From a virus (lineage: Duplodnaviria > Caudoviricetes), in the IMG/VR virus record IMGVR_UViG_3300037247_001786, positions 64,001 to 128,000 of that record: a stretch of 64,000 bases of DNA; one strand, 5' to 3'. The translations under genes and the position numbers were made by a program. The notes under the pieces were generated by a model. The model saw nothing but the letters and a program-made list of their open reading frames with translations, was not told the origin of the DNA and did no database searches. Positions 10,171 to 18,191 of the stretch are shown here, in pieces; positions within the stretch are counted from its first letter, which is position 1, and every line of letters begins with the position of its first letter.

Positions 10171-10332
10171 ATGCTAAAGTGCGGTCAAAAAGATAATGCC
10201 AATTATACATTTGGCGTAAGTGAAAAACAAATTAAAAAAGCGAATAAAGATGCTTCAAAATTTTGTTCTGCTTGTGGCTCAAAAATAAGAGCTAATACTG
10301 ACTATTGCTCAAAATGCGGGAGTCCAGTTTAA
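10171..10332 (+). CDS. 53-aa double-CxxC zinc-ribbon protein (not in ORF track)
   Basis: GGAG SD; MLKCGQK...FCSACGSKIRANTDYCSKCGSPV*. Confidence 0.6.
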   Translation: MLKCGQKDNANYTFGVSEKQIKKANKDASKFCSACGSKIRANTDYCSKCGSPV

Positions 10333-10389
10333 CTACTCTCCTGATCAATATGGCACGACTATTTAAATTAATAATTAAGGAAATAAATT

Positions 10390-13300
10390 ATGGCTATTTA
10401 TAAAACAGCAACTTTTTCTTATAAACATGAAATTAAGGCTCTTAATAAACCTAAAGGTTGGGATATCTTTAATCTTCCTGATCAAATCAAAACAGCTTCA
10501 ACTAAACTGTCAGAGAATGAAGATCTCAATGGTTTCGACTTAAAAACAGCGACATCAGATCATCCAGATCATCTTTATTTAAAAATATTTGCTATTAAAG
10601 AAGATGAGGTAAATGATAATGGGGACGCTTTCTCATCTAAAGAACTTAAAACTGCTGCTGCATCTTTTGTAGGAGTTCCTTTATTTACTAATCACCAAAA
10701 CGACGATGTCGAAAAATCAAGAGGAGAATGCGTTCACTCTTGGTACGATAAAACCGCTGGAGGTATCTTTATTATAGGAAGAGTAGATAAAGTAGCTTAT
10801 CCTAAATTAGCAAGAGGAATTGAAGAAGGGTATATTACTGGAACATCTATGGGTTGTTCAGTAGAATACTCTATATGCTCAGTTTGCCATAATAAGGCAC
10901 AAACATCTGATGAATACTGCGAACATATTGCAGGAAGAAAAAATAAAAAATATTCTGGCGATATTAATTGCAAATATCATCAAAGCCCTATCGATACTGA
11001 CGATCAATGCCCTCTTTGTAAATCTGTTAAAGATACATCGACTTCATTAGATCATGATAAACAAGCTATTTTTGAACATAACTATGGACTTAAATTTATC
11101 GAAAACTCATTTGTTGTAAACCCTGCTTGTCATGATTGTGGCGTAAGCTGTATTCTTCATGTACCAGAATTACAAAAGAAAATAGCTTCATTTAGTAATT
11201 CTATCAACTCTTTAATTAAAAATTCAAGTAATCTTAATGAAGATGGGATAGATGATTTACTTAAAATGGGGGGAGTAGACGAGCTTAATCTTCTTAAAGA
11301 CTCTATGGGGAAACTAGAACAAGTAGTCCAGAGCATGTTAAAGCAAAAAGAAAATGTCTCTATGGACTATGTAAGCGACCTAGTTAAAGCTATGGCTGAC
11401 TTGCAAGCTACTTATGATGAGTTAAATGAAATGGGATATGCCAGACTTCCATCTGCTGTAACCGCTGATATACCAACAGATACGGCTATTACCGGAGACG
11501 CTGAGGCTGAAGCATTGCCAAACCCAGTCGCTCAACCAGCTCCAATGCCAGCTCCTGCATCTACAGGAGTAAGCTCAAATGACATGTCAGGTCTCGGGAC
11601 TATGACTACACCTAAACAATCTTCGAAAAAAATAGAGGATTTTTCAGCTATAAATCAAAAATTAGTAACTAAGGTGTCAATGTTAACAGATACCATCAAT
11701 AATGTTATAGAAAATATCAATAACCGAAATTTAAAAGAAATAGGAGTGGATATGACTGCAAAGAAAGAAACAAAAGTAGCGGCTGGCCCTGAAAACAGAG
11801 AAGTCATTACTGAAAAACAATTAGAGAAGAAGAATACAGACCTACATCCTAGAACTGATACTACTTATGAAGGGACTACTGAAAGTCCTGAACAAATAGG
11901 TGGTTCAGAGCAAAGTAATGATACCACAAGCGACAGTCCACAAGTTCGTCAAGGAACTTATGAAACTATTACTGAGGATCAACTTGGCACAACAAGTGCT
12001 GCTGTAGTCCGTTATGATGATACTCCAGAAGTTATCACAGAAAAACAATGGACAGAACTAAGCAGAACTATCAGTTCTCAGGTATCAGATGATTATATTG
12101 AAACAATTACTGAAGACCAACTAAAGCAATTGCTTCAAAACCATAAATTTGTAGGATCTTACGAAACAATTACAGAAGATCAACTTAAAGGAATAAGTAT
12201 GACAACTGATCTTAAGAGATGGGCGAATAAAGACTATTCCCTTTCTGTTATGAAAGTTGCCACAAAATCTATTGTTGACGCTATCTCTGATTATCGAAAA
12301 TCTCCTGAAGAAATAGCTAGAACAGCTTCTGCGATAGTTGATAATCCAGAAATGAGAGCAAAAGTAGCTTTCTTATCAGTTGTTAATTCATTACCACATA
12401 AAGTAGAAGATAGAAATTTGATGGCAAGTAAGTCAGCTTATTTTAGTAAAGTAGCTTCTAAAGATTCTTCAGTATCGGCTATCGATGCATTATCGTTTGC
12501 AGTCGCCGCTAATGGAGAATTAGGAATGGTAGCAGAAGATATTCTTGACTCTATCGCTCATGCAGTAAGAAATAAAACTGTTATGGCTAAAGTTGATGAT
12601 ATGGTAAAAACAAAACTTGCTTCAGGTTCTGAACAAAAAACAGTTATTAGTAAATATGACGCTATGGCATCTGCTATTAAAGCTTTAGATAAGCCTGAAG
12701 ATGGCATATATAGAATTAAAGCGACACTCGCTGATATTGATGCTCCTATTACAAACAAAGTTGCTTTCTGCGAAAGTATTAAAAAATTCGCACAAGGAAT
12801 AATGGAAGAAGAAGGAATGATGGGAGAAGAAATGACAGGAGAAGAAGGTTCTGAAGGTTCTGTAGCAGCTGTTATCAAGGTTCAAGTCGGCGATGGAGGA
12901 GAACTTATTATAGATGTATCAGAAGATGGTGCAGAAATAACTCCTGATGATATCGAAGGACTTATCGAAGGACCTGTAGATGATATCGATGTAGAGCCAG
13001 AAACAGAAGAACCTGGTTGCGACGTTTGCGAACAACCTGGCGAAGACTGTGCATGCATGGCTAAATCTAGAGAAGAAATTACTAAAGAAGCTCAAATGAT
13101 GGGCGGAGAAATGGGTGGTCAAGGAGGAGCAGCTCAAGCACCTGGTGCTGGAGCGTCCGTTCCTGGTATGCCAGCCGAAGTTGCACCTATGGAGAGCTTA
13201 ACAGAAGAACCTGCTGTTGATGAGATGGGTCTTGATGATGGAGGAGGGGAACCTCTTCCTCCTGGTTCACTTTGTCCTGCTTGCGGTAGCGAAGATGTTG

Positions 13301-15894
13301 ACGTTATCTCAGGTAAAACTAAATGTAATAATTGTGGATCTACTGGAACATTTAAAGTACAGATAGAAGTTGACAATTGGACAGGAACTACCCCCGATGC
13401 TAATTCCGAACCTGAAGAAGGTGGAGACGAATTCGGTGGAGAAGGTTTCGAGATGCCAGAAGACGCTGGTCTGGAAGAACCAGGTATGGGCGATGCAGGA
13501 ATGGGCGAAATGCCAGCAGTCGCTGCTATGATGAAAGTTACTCCTGAAATGTTACAGAAGCTCGCTGAGACTGATATAGAAATTGGAACAGTTAGCCCTG
13601 CTACAGGATCAACAAATACTATGAAGCTTGCATCAGGAGAACACGTTTGTCTTGATACAGGAACTAAATATAAAGTTGCTTATGCCACTTCAACAGATGG
13701 TAAAGAAGTATGGGCTCAATGGGAATGGACTCCATTAGTAGAAGGAATAAATGTAAAATGTTCTTCTTGCGATAGAGCGAAACAAAAATTTGTAAAAGCA
13801 CTATCTTCAATCTCTGTTACTGAAGCTCAATTTGATGCTTTAGAAATTAAAGAAAAAATTCAGACTATTAGCAAATTAAAAGAAGCTGGATCTTTAAAAA
13901 CAATTAAAACAGCTAGCAAAGAAGGGTCGGTTATAGATGATTACAAACTCGCTTACGGAGGTTATGGTAAAGATTTCCCAATAGAAAGTTGCGTAGAAAA
14001 ACTTGCTCGCAGATTTGGAGAGAATGCATTAGCTTTAAGTGGTCCATGCGAAGGCAAACCTCTTGCAGAATGCGTATGTCAACAACTTAAGAACGCTGAC
14101 ATCTATACAGATAAAGTTGCTATTAAAGTTGCTGAAAGTTGGAGCGATTGCTCAGGAGATGAGGAATGCGTTGAAGACCAGATCAGAGATGGATATAATA
14201 TCAGACAAGCCGCAAGTATTTGCGAAACTCTAAAGATAACCGTTGCTTCTCCTGAAGATCTATTAGCTGATGAGCTTTCCAATGAAGAATTTGGCGACCC
14301 TAACGGCGAACCAGACGGTCCTGAAGGACTTCCAATGGAAGAGACAGTAGAAGATGTTGATCCATTTGCAGAAGGAGATGTAGGGGGAACAGTAACCCTT
14401 GAGCTTCCTGTAGATGTTGTCGAACAACTTAGCGAACAGCTTGATGTAGCTCTCGGAGAAGGTTCGGAAGATGGATTAGAAGATGCTGATATGAATGGAA
14501 CTCCTGATATTATGGAAGACAATGGAGGAGAAATTGTTGAAGAGATCACTCCTGAAGATCTTGGAGTTGAAGAAACCTCTCCTATGATGGATATGACAGA
14601 AACAAAACCAATGGAAGACATGACAGAGTCAAAACCTGTTGATGGAATTGGAGTTAATTTCGAACAAGAAGAAAATAATAGAGGACTTTCTGCACCATTT
14701 TCAGAAAAGAAAGTTACAGTTAATGTAGATCCTGCATTGGCTGAAAGCGAATACGATTTTAAGGAAGCTTCTAATATGAAAAGTAGACAAGGAAAAGTTG
14801 GACAAGTCGGAATGGACTTATCTGGAGTTTTAGCTGTTATCACTGCTGGCGAAAAAGAAATTAGCCAAGAGAAAGCACAAGACTCAAGCGATATAGGTCA
14901 ATATACGGCAGGAGAAAATGGCAGTCAAATGGGTCATGAAAATGAAACTATTCCTACTGCTCAAAAACCTTCTATACCAAGAGACAATGCTACAATGGGA
15001 CAAGAAGATGCAGACCTTAATCCACAAGATAGTCCACAACCAGTCATACCTTCTGACAATGCTACAATGGGTCACGAAGATGAAGCTGGATTGAGTGGAG
15101 GAGACAACAGATATACTGGAGGAACAGACGGACAAGGCAAAACAGAAACTGCCTCTACCGATGAAGACTTAATGCATATGGCAGGATTTGGGAACTCAAG
15201 TTCTGGTCTCTCTCGTTTAGCTGAAAGAATCCTTGAAGCTACAAAACTAGAAGCACCAGCACCAGTTGCTGATGATAAAGATATAAAACCTATCAAAGGA
15301 GATAGCACAATTGGTAAAGAAGATAAATTCGATGCCAAGGGGCCTGAGAATACTAAAGGAACCGGAAATACTTCTATGATGGGGCACGAAAGTGAAACAA
15401 TAGGTGACAGACCTGATTCTCCTAAAGATCATCCTGATGTTGCTACAGGCAACTCACAGATGGGACAAGAAGAGTTAGACTCTGAAAAAACTACTAAAGA
15501 TAAAGGTACAGTAATCGCTGAAACTGACAGCGGTTCGAAGTCCGAGGCTTATAGAGTCGCTGCTAGAATGCTACAGTCAAAAATGATTGAAGCTTCTGGA
15601 TTAGAGTCCAAGGTTCAAGAATTAAGAACTTATAAGCCTGCCCAAATTAAAGATATCGAAAAAGCTATCTTTGCTGGCAAAAAAGGACTTGACACTGTAT
15701 CAGACGGAATGTCTCAAGCCGTAGTAATAAATGAGGCAAGTAGCGAACAACAAGCTATCAAAGAGGCTAAAGCAAATGAAGTTAATACTACAGATGAATT
15801 GCAAAAGAAAATATCTTCACTGTTTCGCTTAGAACAGCAAAATATAGAAGCTGATAATGACGAGAATATTCAGTTAAGAAGAACTTATCGTTAA
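10390..15894 (+). CDS. Giant prohead protease/scaffold polyprotein (1834 aa)
   Basis: N-terminal phage maturation-protease motifs (VNDNGDAF, LFTNHQ, GTSMGCSV..SICSVC, FIENSFVVNPA), then long acidic repeat-rich regions; sits between portal and capsid genes. Confidence 0.75.
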   Translation: MAIYKTATFSYKHEIKALNKPKGWDIFNLPDQIKTASTKLSENEDLNGFDLKTATSDHPDHLYLKIFAIKEDEVNDNGDAFSSKELKTAAASFVGVPLFTNHQNDDVEKSRGECVHSWYDKTAGGIFIIGRVDKVAYPKLARGIEEGYITGTSMGCSVEYSICSVCHNKAQTSDEYCEHIAGRKNKKYSGDINCKYHQSPIDTDDQCPLCKSVKDTSTSLDHDKQAIFEHNYGLKFIENSFVVNPACHDCGVSCILHVPELQKKIASFSNSINSLIKNSSNLNEDGIDDLLKMGGVDELNLLKDSMGKLEQVVQSMLKQKENVSMDYVSDLVKAMADLQATYDELNEMGYARLPSAVTADIPTDTAITGDAEAEALPNPVAQPAPMPAPASTGVSSNDMSGLGTMTTPKQSSKKIEDFSAINQKLVTKVSMLTDTINNVIENINNRNLKEIGVDMTAKKETKVAAGPENREVITEKQLEKKNTDLHPRTDTTYEGTTESPEQIGGSEQSNDTTSDSPQVRQGTYETITEDQLGTTSAAVVRYDDTPEVITEKQWTELSRTISSQVSDDYIETITEDQLKQLLQNHKFVGSYETITEDQLKGISMTTDLKRWANKDYSLSVMKVATKSIVDAISDYRKSPEEIARTASAIVDNPEMRAKVAFLSVVNSLPHKVEDRNLMASKSAYFSKVASKDSSVSAIDALSFAVAANGELGMVAEDILDSIAHAVRNKTVMAKVDDMVKTKLASGSEQKTVISKYDAMASAIKALDKPEDGIYRIKATLADIDAPITNKVAFCESIKKFAQGIMEEEGMMGEEMTGEEGSEGSVAAVIKVQVGDGGELIIDVSEDGAEITPDDIEGLIEGPVDDIDVEPETEEPGCDVCEQPGEDCACMAKSREEITKEAQMMGGEMGGQGGAAQAPGAGASVPGMPAEVAPMESLTEEPAVDEMGLDDGGGEPLPPGSLCPACGSEDVDVISGKTKCNNCGSTGTFKVQIEVDNWTGTTPDANSEPEEGGDEFGGEGFEMPEDAGLEEPGMGDAGMGEMPAVAAMMKVTPEMLQKLAETDIEIGTVSPATGSTNTMKLASGEHVCLDTGTKYKVAYATSTDGKEVWAQWEWTPLVEGINVKCSSCDRAKQKFVKALSSISVTEAQFDALEIKEKIQTISKLKEAGSLKTIKTASKEGSVIDDYKLAYGGYGKDFPIESCVEKLARRFGENALALSGPCEGKPLAECVCQQLKNADIYTDKVAIKVAESWSDCSGDEECVEDQIRDGYNIRQAASICETLKITVASPEDLLADELSNEEFGDPNGEPDGPEGLPMEETVEDVDPFAEGDVGGTVTLELPVDVVEQLSEQLDVALGEGSEDGLEDADMNGTPDIMEDNGGEIVEEITPEDLGVEETSPMMDMTETKPMEDMTESKPVDGIGVNFEQEENNRGLSAPFSEKKVTVNVDPALAESEYDFKEASNMKSRQGKVGQVGMDLSGVLAVITAGEKEISQEKAQDSSDIGQYTAGENGSQMGHENETIPTAQKPSIPRDNATMGQEDADLNPQDSPQPVIPSDNATMGHEDEAGLSGGDNRYTGGTDGQGKTETASTDEDLMHMAGFGNSSSGLSRLAERILEATKLEAPAPVADDKDIKPIKGDSTIGKEDKFDAKGPENTKGTGNTSMMGHESETIGDRPDSPKDHPDVATGNSQMGQEELDSEKTTKDKGTVIAETDSGSKSEAYRVAARMLQSKMIEASGLESKVQELRTYKPAQIKDIEKAIFAGKKGLDTVSDGMSQAVVINEASSEQQAIKEAKANEVNTTDELQKKISSLFRLEQQNIEADNDENIQLRRTYR

Positions 15895-15941
15895 AAAAAG
15901 ATTTTAATTAAAACAAACTTTAAATAAAAGGAGAGACAATT

Positions 15942-16529
15942 ATGGCTCTTATAGTAGAACAACACGTAATTGCTGATATGTATCCAGTTGCTGCTGCAGC
16001 GTTTGTATCAGGTATTAGTGCAGGAATGTTAGTTACTTTAAATGCTGCTGGCGAAGCGATTCAAGCAACAACATCTTTAATGGATTCAGTTATTGGTATC
16101 GCCGGTGATTCAATCTTGACAACAGCAGGACAAACTACTGCTTATTCAGCAGAGGTCGTTGTAGGTGCTCAGGATTCTGACACTGCGAGAACTCGTTGGA
16201 CAAGCAACAGGGTTTCTGATATGTATGATGAAGCCGCAGCATCCGGAAAAATTACCGTTTATAACGGTGGTGGAAAATTCCAAATTAGTGCAGACCTTTT
16301 ATCTCCAGTTGCCAATACTATCGTCCCAGGCGATGGTCTTATTGCCACTGATGGTGGATTATGGGACGAAGTAACTGACAATGCTGCAGGCGACCAGGTT
16401 GCTCTTTGTGTAGGCGTTCCTAGTGCTTATCCGTCAGGCGTTCCTGGCACGGATACTGCTGATGGATCTATCGAACTTGCAAACGGTAGTGTCGGAAACC
16501 TTTGGGTTCCAATTAGTCTTAGAATATAA
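15942..16529 (+). CDS. Putative capsid decoration/cement protein
   Basis: AGGAG SD; Ala/Gly/Thr-rich beta-type sequence immediately upstream of the MCP; late high-expression codon style. Confidence 0.55.
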   Translation: MALIVEQHVIADMYPVAAAAFVSGISAGMLVTLNAAGEAIQATTSLMDSVIGIAGDSILTTAGQTTAYSAEVVVGAQDSDTARTRWTSNRVSDMYDEAAASGKITVYNGGGKFQISADLLSPVANTIVPGDGLIATDGGLWDEVTDNAAGDQVALCVGVPSAYPSGVPGTDTADGSIELANGSVGNLWVPISLRI

Positions 16530-16614
16530 TCTAAGTAAGTAAAAAATATTAACATTTACATTTTAAGGTTATCAGAGATAAGACTTAAAAGTAATTCAAA
16601 AAAGGAGAATTATT

Positions 16615-17487
16615 ATGGCTTTTGCTAAAAATGGTTTAACAGATCACGATAAAGAAATGATCATCGCTCAGGCACTTCAGACTGACGAGGGCAGAACTGC
16701 TCTTGCACAGGCTATGGTCGAGCCAATCCGTAGAGCTTTGGAATATCAAGCTGTCGGAAGAAAATTGCTTATGGTTGACGAACTACCTCAGGGTGCTTTG
16801 GCAAGATATGAGAGAGACGTTGCTGCTATCGCTTGGGTAGTATCACGTAGAGGTGCTGTACCTGACCAGATTCAGGAAGGCGAAGAAGTACTTGTCCCTA
16901 CTTTCGAAATTGCTGCGAACCCAACAGTTCGTCTTAGCGAAATCAAAGCTCGTAGATTCTACATCGTAGACAGAGCCCAGATCAAAGCTAAGGAAGCTAT
17001 CCAGAAAGAAGAAGATACAAATATATTTAACGCTCTTCTTGCAGCAGTTCCTGCATCTCAGCAAGTTATTAATACAGGAACTCTTCAGGTTCTTGCTATT
17101 AATGAAGCCTTCAAGTTCATCGAACAGCATGACCTTGTAGCTGCTAAGATCGTTACGCATGCTTTCCAGTATGCTTCAATCAGAACATTCGGTAAGGATT
17201 TCTTCGACGAGGCAACTCAGAGAGAAATTATCACAACTGGGCTTTATGGTCACCTTTGGACTGCTGATATTCATATCAGTTCCAGAATGCCAAGCACAGA
17301 TGTTCTTATCGTTGCTTCCCCAGAGACAGTTGGAGCTTTCCCTATCCGTCAGGATATCACAGTTCTTCCTGCCGACGATCCTAAGAAATTACGATTAGGT
17401 TGGGTCATCTACGAGGAAGTTGGAATCGTTGTTATAAACGATTACGCCGTAGCGAAGATTGACGTTCAGGACGCAGACGCTAGCTAA
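16615..17487 (+). CDS. Major capsid protein, compact HK97 fold
   Basis: AGGAG SD; LAQAMVEPIRRALEY..VGRK.L.VDELPQGA, VPTFEIAANPTV, AIQKEED..IF, LGWVIYEEVG; followed by a strong terminator. Confidence 0.8.
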   Translation: MAFAKNGLTDHDKEMIIAQALQTDEGRTALAQAMVEPIRRALEYQAVGRKLLMVDELPQGALARYERDVAAIAWVVSRRGAVPDQIQEGEEVLVPTFEIAANPTVRLSEIKARRFYIVDRAQIKAKEAIQKEEDTNIFNALLAAVPASQQVINTGTLQVLAINEAFKFIEQHDLVAAKIVTHAFQYASIRTFGKDFFDEATQREIITTGLYGHLWTADIHISSRMPSTDVLIVASPETVGAFPIRQDITVLPADDPKKLRLGWVIYEEVGIVVINDYAVAKIDVQDADAS

Positions 17488-17516
17488 TCGAGAGATTAAC
17501 TAAAAGTAAATTAAAG

Positions 17517-17545
17517 AGCAGGCTCTTCGGGGTCTGCTTTTTTTT
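17517..17545 (+). terminator. Rho-independent terminator after the MCP
   Basis: AGCAGGCTC-TTCG-GGGTCTGCT followed by a T-run. Confidence 0.85.
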
Positions 17546-17630
17546 CGCGTAGAAATAAATATAAGATAGTTTTGTCGATACATATAGAGGAAGCAAAAGA
17601 GTTAATTAAAATTGGAGAATATCTATAGAA

Positions 17631-17813
17631 ATGAGAGAAATAGGGGACTGGATTACTTTAAATCATAAAAAAGAAGATCATCCTATGATCGGAGATGAGA
17701 GTTGGGATCATTATATTAATTGTCAAATAGTTTTTATTGGGATGGATGGGAGATTTAGAGTAAGAAGAAAACATGGATATGAAAGTATCGTAGAAGAGAG
17801 TGAAATTATTTAG
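17631..17813 (+). CDS. Small hypothetical protein
   Basis: 60 aa with GGAG upstream; SH3/KOW-like beta pattern is tentative. Confidence 0.5.
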   Translation: MREIGDWITLNHKKEDHPMIGDESWDHYINCQIVFIGMDGRFRVRRKHGYESIVEESEII

Positions 17814-18124
17814 TGATATTTTATCACGGAACAAGTGAAGAAAATTGGAAGAAGATACAAAAAGAGGGAGTTTTGTGGGGGAAACCTTCTTGGAATGAAA
17901 CTTGGGGAGATAGCCAACCTCGTAGATATACTTATCTATCCCCTGAAAAAGAGGTAGCTCAAACTATTAATTCAGAAGTTATTTTAGAAGTAGAATATAG
18001 TCCTGTTGGGGTAGACGGTAAAGGAATAGATAATTATGGGTTTTTCCCTCCTGCTGGACAAACGTGTTGGCAGTTTAGTGTTTTTGTTCCTATAGATATA
18101 AATAAAGTAAAAAGAGTTATTTAA
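17813..18124 (+). CDS. Putative ADP-ribosyltransferase-fold protein (GTG start)
   Basis: YHGTS at the N-terminus, then I..EG, YLS and VILEV strands, the order seen in small ART/Tpt1-like folds. Confidence 0.5.
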   Translation: MIFYHGTSEENWKKIQKEGVLWGKPSWNETWGDSQPRRYTYLSPEKEVAQTINSEVILEVEYSPVGVDGKGIDNYGFFPPAGQTCWQFSVFVPIDINKVKRVI

Positions 18125-18132
18125 TTTTTCTC

Positions 18133-18160
18133 TTGAAAGTGATTTTATATATGATACAAT
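18133..18160 (+). promoter_or_regulatory. Sigma70-like promoter with AGTGATT box
   Basis: TTGAA-AGTGATT-N10-TACAAT upstream of the TerD-domain gene. Confidence 0.65.
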
Positions 18161-18191
18161 CCCTATGAATAGAAAAGAGAGAAATTAATTT

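Noticed and set aside
7380-15894. Inteins in the portal or protease explaining their size
   Set aside because: No C/S-start...HN-C/S/T splice junctions or Hint motifs were seen; the extra length is low-complexity sequence, repeats and a terminal domain.
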